Both the position numbers and the translations under genes were made by a program. The notes under the pieces are model-generated. The model worked only from the letters and a program-made list of their open reading frames with translations. It was not told the origin of the DNA and did no database searches. From Patescibacteria group bacterium (GTDB taxonomy: Bacteria; Patescibacteriota; Microgenomatia; UBA1400; CG1-02-47-37): a stretch of DNA of 64,000 nucleotides. Every line of letters begins with the position of its first letter. The stretch's first letter is position 1. The stretch covers positions 2,706-66,705 of the forward strand of contig JBBTRT010000005.1 in the NCBI GenBank assembly GCA_038065055.1, written 5' to 3'. Shown piece by piece: positions 1 through 9,326 of the stretch.

Positions 1-691
1 CCACCCAGACGTTACTCACATATTTAAACAAACCAATCTCTTTGGGATGGTTGGTGGCGACTAAAACCGCCAAGTGGGCTTTGGCCTGGCGCTGGTCTTC
101 CCTGAGTTTAGCAAGCCAGCTATCCTGCCACTGGGCGTTTTTGCTTTCCCATAAGATCAGGCCGCAGGTTTGGCCGCGTTTGTCGATGACGGTTTGGACC
201 ACATCGGCGCCGCGCTGGCCTTTTTTGACTTCTTTGATTTCATCGTCAGGAAATTCTTTTTTAAGCAAACCTTCCAGTTCCAGTTCCAAAACTTCGCCCT
301 GGGTTTGCTGGGAACCCTGCTCGGCTTTTCTTTGGGCGGCTTCCAGAGCTTTTTTAAGATCGTTGATCACTTTTTCTTTTTCCTGGTCTTTGAGGGAGTG
401 GGCTTCGCTAAACTGTTTGGCCAATTCCTCTTTGATCTTTCCCTCTTCCCGGGCCAGCTGTTTTTTCATCTCCAGCTCCCGTTCTTCGTCATGGCGCTGT
501 AATAGGCGAATCTGATCAGTCAAGCCGGCCAATTGCTTTAAAAGCTGGCTACTGCGGGCTTTTTCCTGCTCCACTTCTTTTTGGGCTTCTTTTTTAGCGT
601 TTTTAACCGCCTCTTCCTGGATTTCGTGCTGAAGGGCGTCGGAAATTTCCAGTTCCTTACCGCAGTATTTGCATTTTATGGTAGTCAGCAT
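1..691 (-). CDS. DUF2130-like coiled-coil protein; the 3' end runs off the window, so it is absent from the ORF track
   Basis: Minus-strand translation from the ATG at 691 reads MLTTIKCKYCGKELEISDALQHEIQEE...KKGQRGADVVQTVIDKRGQTCGLILWESKNAQWQDSWLAKLREDQRQAKAHLAVLVAT and stays open to position 1. The + ORFs 42-515 and 170-502 are low-complexity antisense shadows. Confidence 0.75.
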   Translation of the reverse strand, partial: MLTTIKCKYCGKELEISDALQHEIQEEAVKNAKKEAQKEVEQEKARSSQLLKQLAGLTDQIRLLQRHDEERELEMKKQLAREEGKIKEELAKQFSEAHSLKDQEKEKVINDLKKALEAAQRKAEQGSQQTQGEVLELELEGLLKKEFPDDEIKEVKKGQRGADVVQTVIDKRGQTCGLILWESKNAQWQDSWLAKLREDQRQAKAHLAVLVATNHPKEIGLFKYVSNVWV

Positions 692-764
692 GACTCTATT
701 CTACCATTACCACTACGGTTAACAGGATATTTGCAAACCTTAGAAAATGGTTTATTCTTAAAGT

Positions 765-1865
765 ATGATTGGAAAATGGCCCGGATTAATTTTATTGATT
801 TTGGCAGTGGTTATTGGAGGAAGATTAAGTTTCAACCGGGAAGAAACCAAACCGGATTTTAAGTTACAAGTCGAAAACGGGGTAAAAGGAGTTTTCCTCG
901 GCCAAGAGGTGATGCCACCGCAAATTGACTTGGCTATGGTTGAGCCGGTAACCCAGGTTTTGGGCGATGCCGACGCAACCGGAGAAAAACATATTTACGT
1001 TGACTTAGCTACCCAAACCCTGACGGCCTATCAGGGAGACAGTTTGTTTATGAAAGTTCTGGTTTCCACCGGAAAATGGGGCCGGACGCCGACCGGGGAT
1101 TTTACCATCTGGTCCAAATTCCGGGCGACGCGCATGTCCGGCGGCTCAGGTAATGACTATTACAACCTGCCGAATGTGCCCTATGTCATGTTTTTTTCCG
1201 GCTCTGGCGTAGCGGCCGCTAGGGGCTTTGCTTTGCACGGGACTTATTGGCATAATAATTTCGGCCATCCGATGAGCCATGGCTGTGTCAATATGAGGAC
1301 AGTTGACGCTCAAAAAATATTCGGCTGGGCAGATATCGATACCAAAATAATAATCGATAGTCAAATTCAGGCAATTGCTGAGCCAAGCCCTAGCCCGGAG
1401 CAGACTTTAGCCGGCATATCATCAGACGGGAAAATTAACCTGGAGATGAAGCAGGAAAAAGGCGCGAGCGCCATTACCTGGACTCTGACTGCTAAACAAG
1501 GCGAGGAAGCGGCAAGCACCATCTGGTGGCAGACCTTAGCGGCTGAAACCACGATCTCGATCCCGCTCAACACGGTTTCCCCGGATAATAAATATATGTT
1601 TTTAAAGCAAACCGGGCCGGATAAAACCCGCTATTTGGTGCTAACTACCAGCGGCAAACCACTTAAGTCCGGCGCGCAAACAGTGGAGTTCGCCGAGCTG
1701 TTTGAGGCCAAGTACCCGGAATATAAAATTACCGAGGCGACCGGCTGGGGCGGGATGAATTTAATTGTATTTAATACCGATAAAGCCAAGGGGGGCATAG
1801 GGCCGTCTTTTTGGTTTGACTTGGCTGGTAAATCGTTTATTCAGCTGTCGAATCGATTTGAGTAG
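765..1865 (+). CDS. L,D-transpeptidase (YkuD domain) with an N-terminal membrane anchor and an uncharacterised C-terminal domain
   Basis: Catalytic motif HGTYWHNNFGHPMSHGCVNM (the H...SHGC signature of YkuD). The N-terminus has a hydrophobic helix (GLILLILAVVIGG). Confidence 0.85.
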   Translation: MIGKWPGLILLILAVVIGGRLSFNREETKPDFKLQVENGVKGVFLGQEVMPPQIDLAMVEPVTQVLGDADATGEKHIYVDLATQTLTAYQGDSLFMKVLVSTGKWGRTPTGDFTIWSKFRATRMSGGSGNDYYNLPNVPYVMFFSGSGVAAARGFALHGTYWHNNFGHPMSHGCVNMRTVDAQKIFGWADIDTKIIIDSQIQAIAEPSPSPEQTLAGISSDGKINLEMKQEKGASAITWTLTAKQGEEAASTIWWQTLAAETTISIPLNTVSPDNKYMFLKQTGPDKTRYLVLTTSGKPLKSGAQTVEFAELFEAKYPEYKITEATGWGGMNLIVFNTDKAKGGIGPSFWFDLAGKSFIQLSNRFE

Positions 1866-1895
1866 GAATTGCTACGTCTAACTGGCTAACACTGG

Positions 1896-1916
1896 CTAAC
1901 ACACCCGGGGTGTTAG
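1896..1916. terminator. GC-rich hairpin CTAACAC-ACCCGGG-GTGTTAG after the L,D-transpeptidase gene; no clear U-tract
   Basis: A 7-bp stem was read directly. It is preceded by the tandem ACTGGCTAAC x2 (1881-1900). The same 20 nt recur at 2181-2200. Confidence 0.45.
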
Positions 1917-1962
1917 CAGTGTGACAGAAAATTCAGGCATAATTTAAGGATATAAAGAAAAT

Positions 1963-2170
1963 ATGGGAAAACCCGGATAAACCTAAGTGCAGTATTAAAG
2001 GGAATATCGGCAGAGACGATAAAAGCCGCTACTATCATTTTCCCGGCTGCCAGCGCTACGATTGGATTTCAGTGGATTTATACCTTGGCGACCAGTGGTT
2101 CTGTACGGAAAAAGAAGCGCAAAAGGCCGGATTTACCAAATCCTCCCAGTGTTTTGAGAAAAAGTTCTGA
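1963..2170 (+). pseudogene. Frameshifted mini-gene for a small Cys-containing module (IKGNI...YHFPGC...WFCTEKEAQKAGF), resembling what I recall being annotated as 'sunset domain'
   Basis: ATG at 1963 sits 6 nt after TATAAA (1951-1956) but hits TAA after 5 codons. The conserved domain is in the +1 frame (1943-2170, stop TGA 2168-2170), which has no ATG/GTG/TTG upstream of it. Removing one G from the ATGGG run would restore MENPDKPKCSIKGNIG... Confidence 0.5.
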
Positions 2171-2180
2171 GATCAACAGA

Positions 2181-2233
2181 CTAACACACCCGGGGTGTTA
2201 AGAGTGTTAAGAGTGTTAAGAGTTAAGAGTTAA
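2181..2233. repeat. Second copy of the 20-nt hairpin (2181-2200), followed by the tandem repeat GTGTTAAGA x3 plus GTTAAGA and GTTAA (2195-2233)
   Basis: Read directly. 2181-2200 is identical to 1896-1915. The tandem repeat runs into the stop codon of the convergent gene 2234-2761. Confidence 0.8.
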
Positions 2234-2761
2234 TTATTCCATTTTGACAATGTTTAAACCGTCGGCAATAACCACTATATCCTGAGACAGAAAGGTTAAA
2301 ACGGCCTGTTCGGATCCATGGGATTGCATTAAAGCATCGTGGTAGGAAATCTGAGTAATAACCTTTTTGATAATTTCGTCAGGTTTAAAGTCTTGAAATC
2401 TGCACCGGGCAAAAAAATTGCCGGCAAAAATAGCGGCAATAAACGAAGCGCCAGCGATTTTACCGGTTGGACTCCCCATCGAAAACCTACCCACTTCCAC
2501 CAACGGAATCCTATAGAATGCCGGAATTACTGCCAGTAATAGTTGTTTTTTGGCTCCAAGTTCGAATACGGTATTAGCGGCGGCATTGGCATATACAGAA
2601 TCTATGGCTACTTTACCAAATTGGACCGGCGCTGGAAATTTAAGTTCTTCCCTGGAATCGGTTAACTGTTTTAAAACCGCATAAAGGGAACCCTTTAAAT
2701 TATGCTGAGTATCTTTAACTTCTTCTCTTTCTCTGGGTTCTAAATCTGCTAATTTTGACAT
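2234..2761 (-). CDS. hypothetical protein (175 aa)
   Basis: Clean ORF. A leaderless-type promoter TGTATAAT (complement of 2768-2775) lies 6 nt upstream of the ATG. I recognise no family. Confidence 0.6.
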   Translation of the reverse strand: MSKLADLEPREREEVKDTQHNLKGSLYAVLKQLTDSREELKFPAPVQFGKVAIDSVYANAAANTVFELGAKKQLLLAVIPAFYRIPLVEVGRFSMGSPTGKIAGASFIAAIFAGNFFARCRFQDFKPDEIIKKVITQISYHDALMQSHGSEQAVLTFLSQDIVVIADGLNIVKME

Positions 2762-2799
2762 GGAGGCATTATACAGTAAAAAGTGGTATAAATAGGGGT

Positions 2800-3519
2800 A
2801 TGGACAGGAGTAAGACGCGGTTGGAGAGAAAAAGAGACCAGAATAGCCTGAAACAGGCGGTTAAGTATATTTTCCTGATTGTTTTAAGTTTGGGTTTAAT
2901 TTTTAAATTCGGCTTGCCGGCACTGATTAACATGGCCGGATTGATCGGCAGTTTTAACCAGGCTAAAATCCCAATCGAAAAACAAGACGTGATCCCCCCG
3001 ACCGCGCCGAGAATGGATTTTCTGCCGGAAGCGACTAACAGCGGCCAATTAGATATTCACGGCCAGGCGGAAAGCGGCACTACGGTCCAACTTTTTATCA
3101 ACGGTTTAAATACCAAAGAATCAATCGCTGATAGCGAGGGGCAATTTAAATTTGACAACATTCATTTCCGCGACGGCGAGAATGAAGTTTACGTTCAGGC
3201 TAAAGACGGCGAAAATAACCTTGGCCAAGCCTCCAAAACCGTGACGGTGCGGGTAGACCAGGAGCCGCCGGCCCTGGAAATTACTAAACCCAAGGCCAGC
3301 GACCGCTTTTTTGATAAGGACAATCCCATCAGCGCGGAAGGGAAAAGTGAAGAAGGGGCAAACCTGACGGTGAATAATCACTTTGTGCTGGTGCGAAGCG
3401 ACGGGAGTTTTAGCACGCAAATAAGTTTAACGACGGGAGATAATCAGTTAGATTTTGTGGCTAAAGACAAAGCCGGCAACGAAACCAAGAAAATAATTAC
3501 CGTAAATTACACGCCTTAA
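2800..3519 (+). CDS. membrane-anchored surface protein with two Ig-like (Big-type) domains
   Basis: TM helix YIFLIVLSLGLIFKFGLPALI. Two repeats follow the pattern I.G.aE.G..v.v..N......d..G.F......GdN...v.AkD.aGN. The start was moved to ATG 2800, 7 nt after TATAAA (2787-2792); the track start is 2755. Confidence 0.65.
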   Translation: MDRSKTRLERKRDQNSLKQAVKYIFLIVLSLGLIFKFGLPALINMAGLIGSFNQAKIPIEKQDVIPPTAPRMDFLPEATNSGQLDIHGQAESGTTVQLFINGLNTKESIADSEGQFKFDNIHFRDGENEVYVQAKDGENNLGQASKTVTVRVDQEPPALEITKPKASDRFFDKDNPISAEGKSEEGANLTVNNHFVLVRSDGSFSTQISLTTGDNQLDFVAKDKAGNETKKIITVNYTP

Positions 3520-4541
3520 ATTCCGGCTAAAACAGTAAACCAGATTAAAACCCAGGGATAAAAGAGAGAGTTTTGAAATAGAGAGTGGATCAGTATGGCT
3601 ACCAGGGAAACTTTCAGCACAAGAGACCGGGAAAAAATAGATTTGAGCCAAAATAAATAAGCCGTTAGGCCGACTAAGCCGGTGGTGACGGCTACAAACA
3701 GCAAGCTGGAATCCTGGCCAGCTGAGGCATGGCTGAGATAATCCTGATTATAGTAACGCAAGGTATTAAAACCAAGGCCAAAAATCGGCTGCTGCCATAA
3801 TTTAAAGCCGGCTTGATAGTTTTCCCAGCGCTGGATAATCGAAAAAGTCCGCTCCAGTTTAACGCCGTCGCCGCCGGGACGGGGCAACAAAAAAAGCACT
3901 AAGCATAAAGCGCTAAATCCTAACAAGAAGAACTTTAATTTTTTATTTACTATTGCCAAATAAAGACCGGCGGCCAGTAAAGCTAAATAGCTGCTTCTTG
4001 AGTAAGTTAACAGCAAAGCCAGCAGGTGGATTGCGTAAAGCCACCAGGACCTGGGACGGTTAAAATAAATCAAAATTAAGCCTAAAACTAAAATCAGGCC
4101 GGTAAAATTGGGGTCAAATAAAACCGAGATCAAGCGGTAATAATGGTCGTCCCAGCCCAGCTGCGCCAAAAACCGGGTATCGGGAATAAAGGCGTATTGG
4201 ACCAGGCCCAAACCGGCAATCGAGGTGGATAAATATAACAACCACTGCCAATTAATGGACAGTGAAATTAAAGCAGTGTAGCTAATAAAACGAAATAAAT
4301 AAAGGCTTGCCAATAAAATGTTGGGAAAAGGCAGTTTAAAGGCAGCCAGAAACAAAGAAAAAATTGCGCTCAGGACAAAAATCAGCCAGGGACGGGAAAA
4401 TTTTAACTGAGAATAATTGAGTAAAAGCAATAAAATGATGATTAAATCGTGAGCGTAAATTAAACCGCCGGGCAGGCGCTGGAGCTGGCCCAGGGCTAAA
4501 GTCAAGAATAAGAGCGGTATAAGAATCTTATTGGGGTTCAT
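3516..4541 (-). CDS. O-antigen ligase/polymerase-like (Wzy_C-type) polytopic membrane protein
   Basis: About 10 hydrophobic helices. It has a TYSRSSYLALLAAGL motif typical of the Wzy_C loop region. Confidence 0.6.
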   Translation of the reverse strand: MNPNKILIPLLFLTLALGQLQRLPGGLIYAHDLIIILLLLLNYSQLKFSRPWLIFVLSAIFSLFLAAFKLPFPNILLASLYLFRFISYTALISLSINWQWLLYLSTSIAGLGLVQYAFIPDTRFLAQLGWDDHYYRLISVLFDPNFTGLILVLGLILIYFNRPRSWWLYAIHLLALLLTYSRSSYLALLAAGLYLAIVNKKLKFFLLGFSALCLVLFLLPRPGGDGVKLERTFSIIQRWENYQAGFKLWQQPIFGLGFNTLRYYNQDYLSHASAGQDSSLLFVAVTTGLVGLTAYLFWLKSIFSRSLVLKVSLVAILIHSLFQNSLFYPWVLIWFTVLAGI

Positions 4542-5718
4542 TGAGGTATAGTTTAACCCGAGTCAGGGAATTTTCATAGACAAGGGGCAAGTCTAAAACC
4601 GGTCCGCTATCCCCCACTAAAATATGAGTGTAGCGAGTATTAGGATTTTTCCAGGATTCGTGGTCAAAAGGAAAATCAACGTAATAAAGATTGTGAATGC
4701 CATAGATTAAAACTTTATCGGTCGGCTTAATGTTAGTTTTAAACCAGTTATCACAGTCGTAAAAGTCGCCGAAATCAAACTTTAAATTTTGGCATAAAAA
4801 TTTTGTCCGGTCCGGCTCTAAATATTTAATATTGGCCCAGGCGCGTCCGGAGATGCCGATTAATGCCTGAAGGATAATTAAAGTCAGTATCAGGCGGGTA
4901 GGTTTAACTGCCGCCAGACACATTAAGGCTAAGGGAAATAAAGCAAAGCGGCCAAAATCGGTCCCCGGCATTAAAAACCAGAAAGCAAAAGTTAAAACGG
5001 CAATGCGGAGATAGGGATGGTTTTTTGCCAACAGAAAGATAACTAAAATAATCGGACCGACCCGGAAAGCCGGATCGAAAAACAAACGCAAAGGCCGGGA
5101 CAGCCAAAACCAAAAACCATTAAAAAACCACTCGGATTCAAAACCAAAATTTTGCCCAAAGGGGTAAATAGCGCTACCGGTAGCGTACCAGTTAATCAGG
5201 GCAAAAGGCAAATAACCGAGCAAGCCCCAGGGAATTAAGGTAATCGCCAAGCCATAGATAATGGCCTGAAGTTTAGTGGCGCCGGCTAAAATTAACAATA
5301 AAATCCGGGTGTTTTTTTTAAAATACAAAGCTCCCAAAAGCCAAGCAGTCACCATGAGGTCGATATAGGCCGAGGTAGACAGCCAGCCGACTAAAAGCGT
5401 GGAATACCATAAAAGAGCCGGAGCCAAACCAGAGAGACGGTAAATAAAATAGGCAGATAAAACCCCAAAAAACCAATGGACCAGACTCCCTGGCAAAAAC
5501 ATATAAAGTATTTCGCCTAAGCGGGGCAGGCCGGACCAGTACAGCAAGTTGCCGGGAATGGGATCAATCGAGCCGCGCTGCCAAAATAGTTTAGCTTCGG
5601 TCAAGTGATACCATAAGGCGTCAAAACCCAGTTCCGGCCCCAAGGCGCCGATTAAATTAACCAAAATTTGGCCGATTAATATGACAAACAACCAATTAAA
5701 TCGCCGCGGTTTTTTCAT
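4528..5718 (-). CDS. GT-C fold membrane glycosyltransferase (ArnT/PMT-like)
   Basis: Polytopic, with an acidic motif in the first extracytoplasmic loop (GFDALWYHLTEAKL). Confidence 0.5.
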   Translation of the reverse strand: MKKPRRFNWLFVILIGQILVNLIGALGPELGFDALWYHLTEAKLFWQRGSIDPIPGNLLYWSGLPRLGEILYMFLPGSLVHWFFGVLSAYFIYRLSGLAPALLWYSTLLVGWLSTSAYIDLMVTAWLLGALYFKKNTRILLLILAGATKLQAIIYGLAITLIPWGLLGYLPFALINWYATGSAIYPFGQNFGFESEWFFNGFWFWLSRPLRLFFDPAFRVGPIILVIFLLAKNHPYLRIAVLTFAFWFLMPGTDFGRFALFPLALMCLAAVKPTRLILTLIILQALIGISGRAWANIKYLEPDRTKFLCQNLKFDFGDFYDCDNWFKTNIKPTDKVLIYGIHNLYYVDFPFDHESWKNPNTRYTHILVGDSGPVLDLPLVYENSLTRVKLYLNEPQ

Positions 5719-6304
5719 AGACTTTTACCCGCACCATCAGCGAGTGAAGGCTCATTAAAAAGGCTAAGGCCAAGCCAGGAAAACCGTCTTTAAAACCCAA
5801 GCGGAAAAAATAATTATAGATAAATTTAAAACCCGGAAAAAAGATCAGCTTAAGTAAATTCAGACTATCCCCGGCCAGCTCAACGGCCCGTAAACTGCTG
5901 TAATAATTTAAGCGGTGAATAAAACGGCGAATGCTGATGTTTTGCCGGTGGAGCAAAGGATGGACTAAAGTTTTCACCGGCAACGAGGAGATAAATTTTT
6001 CGTGAACCTGGCCCTGCCAACTGCCGGTTTTGGGCTGGACCAGGCGGATAAAACGGTTATGGCCGGATTCGCCGTAGTTTAGTTTTCGGCCGAGAAACCA
6101 GTCAGTCCGCTTAACCGCATAGTTATATGCCTTATGTTTCGCTGCCTGGTTTATTTCCCGGCGTAATTCCTCAGTTATCGTCTCATCGCTGTCTAAAAAA
6201 AAGGCCCAGGGAGTAGCTGTAGGACGCAGTAGGTCCTGGCGCGCCTCACTAAAATCAATGATCCGCGGTTGTTTTAAGGTAATATAGCTAATTAATTTGG
6301 TCAT
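5696..6304 (-). CDS. family-2 glycosyltransferase-like protein lacking the usual N-terminal nucleotide-binding segment (possibly a remnant)
   Basis: Contains the DxD region WAFFLDSDETITEEL and a C-terminal amphipathic/TM tail. The ORF begins about 50 aa later than typical GT2 enzymes of this type. Confidence 0.5.
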   Translation of the reverse strand: MTKLISYITLKQPRIIDFSEARQDLLRPTATPWAFFLDSDETITEELRREINQAAKHKAYNYAVKRTDWFLGRKLNYGESGHNRFIRLVQPKTGSWQGQVHEKFISSLPVKTLVHPLLHRQNISIRRFIHRLNYYSSLRAVELAGDSLNLLKLIFFPGFKFIYNYFFRLGFKDGFPGLALAFLMSLHSLMVRVKVYEKTAAI

Positions 6305-8177
6305 AGTTTTGACGATACCACAATAAATATTGATAATTATCCTGACCCGGCTGATCGAGAGAGTTTATTTGTTCGGTTATGGTCGGGCCATAAGGATAAA
6401 AATTATGGGCCAGCAAAGAATAAACATTAAAAACACAGATTAAAATAATTAAGCTTTGCAGGAATTTAGATTTAACCGTCCCCAAGGTTATGGCCCAAAC
6501 CACAAATAAAACCGGAAAATAAGCTTCTGACGGCGCGCCGTGAATAAAAAAAGACAGCAAAGTTAAACCTAAAACTGCCAGTAATAATTTAGATTGGCGG
6601 GGTAAAGAATAAAAAAAGATAAAACCGATAAGAACCGCCAGAAGCGGGTAGCCCCAAGCAGTAAATTTAATCCAAAATTCCCAGATTGCCGGCAGGGCAT
6701 TGCCGTAATGAAAAACATTAACCAAGCGGTAACCGGCCCAGGCGGCAAAACCCAAAGTCTGGGTAAAACCATGAGTCAGGTCATAAATAAGTTTGGGAAC
6801 AAAAGGAATAAACCAAAATATCGAGAAACTTCTAAAGACCAAAATAGATAAAAACGTGAGCGGCAGGGTGGTGAGCTCAAACTGGAGTAAAACCGCGGCT
6901 AAAAAGAAACTCCAACCCAGAGATTTTTGCTTCAGGGCGATTAAATACAAAATCGTAAATAAAGGAATCGGACTGGTGTGGTAAGCCAAACGGCTATGGA
7001 CCACGGCCAAGGGCGCGGTGGCCATAACAAAGGCGGCTAATCGGCTCCGGCTGAAACGATAAACCAGATAAACACTTAGTGTGCCGAAAACAGCAGTCAT
7101 AATTGCCGGGGCGACCGGATGAAAATTTCCCAGTTTTAAAGCCAAAGCAATCAGCCAGATAAAGAACGGGCCCTGGCGCAGCCAGGGGACGCTGGAGGGA
7201 ATGCCGACGAGAACCGGTTGACCGATCAACAACATATCCCTGGCGGCCAAGTAATCGCGGCCCTGGTCAGGAATAAAAGTCATTAATTCCGGCAAGCGGT
7301 AAAGCCGTAAAAATAAGGCCAAAGCCAGAATTAAAACTAAACGCCAGTTATTTAAAGCCATGCCTAGATAAATAATCACACCCTGAATTAATGAATGGTA
7401 TTTCCGGTAATAAGCAAAAGCATCCCGGTTATATAGCGGAGAAATTGTTTGCCAGCCAGCCTTATTTGTGGAAGCCGAGACGCGGTGCCAAACCCGGGCC
7501 AGGCCGTAATGAATTGTGTGCAGACCAAAGGCCTGTAAACGACGGCAAAGATCGTTTTCGGTAAAGTAAAGTTTAAACCGGGTATCATAACCGCGAAGTT
7601 CTTTTAAGACTTTAGTTCTAGCCATAAAAGCAGCATCGCAAATCACTTGAGCCGGCCAAACTTTGTTCCGATCCTTATCTGCCATACGATAATGGCGTAA
7701 AGATTTTGGCTTAATAAGTTTGTGCAATAAGGTCAGCTCGGTTAAAGAATGCCAAAGAGTATCATGTTTAGAGCCGGTGGCTACAATCCGGCCATCTTCG
7801 TATAATTGGGCCGGCTCAATGGCGCCAACTTGAGGATTGGATTTTAAATACTGAAGCATTTTAAATAAGGCATTGTCTTTCAAGAAGATATCGGAGTTTA
7901 AAATTAAAAAATACTCCCCTTCACTGATCGCTAAGGCCTGATTATTGGCGCCGGTATAAAATTGGTTGGCAGAGTTGGCAATGAGTTTAACTTGAGGAAA
8001 ATATTTTTTAACCATGGACGCAGAGCCGTCAGTCGAATCGTTGTCGACAACAATAACTTCAAAACTAAGGTTTTGAGTAAATTTAAAAATTGATGCCAAA
8101 CAACGCCGCAATAAAGCTTTCGTGTTGTAGGAAACGATACTAATGGTTAATTGCTTCAATGCAGATTTGGTGGGCAT
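6288..8177 (-). CDS. fusion of a GT2 glycosyltransferase (N-terminal) and a GT-C-like polytopic membrane domain (C-terminal)
   Basis: The N-terminus reads ISIVSYNTKALLRRCLASI...VVDNDSTDGS. The C-terminal ~350 aa are polytopic with PDQGRDYLAARDM in the first loop. Confidence 0.75.
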   Translation of the reverse strand: MPTKSALKQLTISIVSYNTKALLRRCLASIFKFTQNLSFEVIVVDNDSTDGSASMVKKYFPQVKLIANSANQFYTGANNQALAISEGEYFLILNSDIFLKDNALFKMLQYLKSNPQVGAIEPAQLYEDGRIVATGSKHDTLWHSLTELTLLHKLIKPKSLRHYRMADKDRNKVWPAQVICDAAFMARTKVLKELRGYDTRFKLYFTENDLCRRLQAFGLHTIHYGLARVWHRVSASTNKAGWQTISPLYNRDAFAYYRKYHSLIQGVIIYLGMALNNWRLVLILALALFLRLYRLPELMTFIPDQGRDYLAARDMLLIGQPVLVGIPSSVPWLRQGPFFIWLIALALKLGNFHPVAPAIMTAVFGTLSVYLVYRFSRSRLAAFVMATAPLAVVHSRLAYHTSPIPLFTILYLIALKQKSLGWSFFLAAVLLQFELTTLPLTFLSILVFRSFSIFWFIPFVPKLIYDLTHGFTQTLGFAAWAGYRLVNVFHYGNALPAIWEFWIKFTAWGYPLLAVLIGFIFFYSLPRQSKLLLAVLGLTLLSFFIHGAPSEAYFPVLFVVWAITLGTVKSKFLQSLIILICVFNVYSLLAHNFYPYGPTITEQINSLDQPGQDNYQYLLWYRQNYDQIN

Positions 8178-8784
8178 AAAAATTGGGAAAATATTTGGCG
8201 ATCCAGTTAAAATATTTTATCCCGCCGGCCGGGTCGATTTTAATGGTTTTTAGAGTAAAACCGGTTTGAATAATTAATTGCTGAAAAGTATCATATGTGT
8301 AAAATTTTAAATGGGTCCTGTCCAGAGTGCCGTAATCAGTATAATCCCAATGGCCGATTAATAGCTTAAGCCGCTGGCGCCAGTGGGCAATATTGGAAGT
8401 AGTAATGATTAATTTTCCCTTAGGCTTTAAAACTAATTTAATTAATTGAAGTGCTGTTTCCGGGTCAATTAAATGCTCGATAATTGCCGAGGCGAACACG
8501 ACATCAAATTTACCCTTAGCTTTAATTTTTTCCCAGGTTGATTTTAAGTTTAAATCACCAGCAATATCAGGTTTGGCGGCCGGGTTGATATCAACGCCAA
8601 CAACTTGGCAATGAAGCCAACGCTGAAAATATCGGGACATAAACCCGGTGGCACAGCCCAATTCCAAGACTTTAGACCTTAAAGGCACCAAAGCAGTAGA
8701 TAAACGGTCAATATTATCCCGCCGCATCTTAGAGGGAATAAACGGGCCGGAATGAAAATACTTTATTTTTGGATTAAGAGACAT
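8140..8784 (-). CDS. class I SAM-dependent methyltransferase
   Basis: Motif I VLELGCATGFMS and post-I VVGVDIN. Confidence 0.75.
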   Translation of the reverse strand: MSLNPKIKYFHSGPFIPSKMRRDNIDRLSTALVPLRSKVLELGCATGFMSRYFQRWLHCQVVGVDINPAAKPDIAGDLNLKSTWEKIKAKGKFDVVFASAIIEHLIDPETALQLIKLVLKPKGKLIITTSNIAHWRQRLKLLIGHWDYTDYGTLDRTHLKFYTYDTFQQLIIQTGFTLKTIKIDPAGGIKYFNWIAKYFPNFYAHQICIEAINH

Positions 8785-9326
8785 TTGAGTTTTAATTGTT
8801 TATCTAAATGAGATTCTAATACTTTCAGCTTAAATTGGCGAATTAATTTCTCGTAGTCATGGGCCCAGGTAAAGTAATTTAACTGTCCCGGGCGAGACCT
8901 AACTTCTTCGATAAGAATGAGATATTTTTTTGAGACTCTGATTAATTCAGACATGGCTTTAACTAAATTTTGGGGTTTAAGATGCATTAACAAACCATGG
9001 GTAAAAACCAAATCGAAATTATCCGCGGGGAAGGGTAGTTTTAAAACATTGGCCCGGACAAACTTAATTGAATCAGGCGGTTGAAAAGCAAAGTCAGCGC
9101 CGGTAAGAATTGAAGGCTTAATCCCCTGCTTAATTAAATAGCTTAAGTTGCGGCCAAAACCGCAGCCAGGCTCGAAAATCGAGCGCGGCTTTAAAGCTTT
9201 AATTTTGGTTAATAACCAACGGTGCTGGGGAAAAATTTGCTGCTGCCAGAAATCCTTGCGAAAATCCGGAGTTAAATACTCCCAAAACCAGCGCAAATTC
9301 AGTCTGGCTAAAACGGACTTAAACAT
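8763..9326 (-). CDS. class I SAM-dependent methyltransferase
   Basis: Motif I IFEPGCGFGRNL and later FDLVFTHGLLMH. Confidence 0.75.
   Translation of the reverse strand: MFKSVLARLNLRWFWEYLTPDFRKDFWQQQIFPQHRWLLTKIKALKPRSIFEPGCGFGRNLSYLIKQGIKPSILTGADFAFQPPDSIKFVRANVLKLPFPADNFDLVFTHGLLMHLKPQNLVKAMSELIRVSKKYLILIEEVRSRPGQLNYFTWAHDYEKLIRQFKLKVLESHLDKQLKLKCLLIQK

Noticed and set aside
42-515. Two long plus-strand ORFs (42-515 and 170-502) with Ser/Leu/Phe-rich low-complexity translations
   Set aside because: They are antisense shadows of the Lys/Glu-rich DUF2130-like gene on the minus strand, which has a recognisable product and a proper promoter and start at 691.
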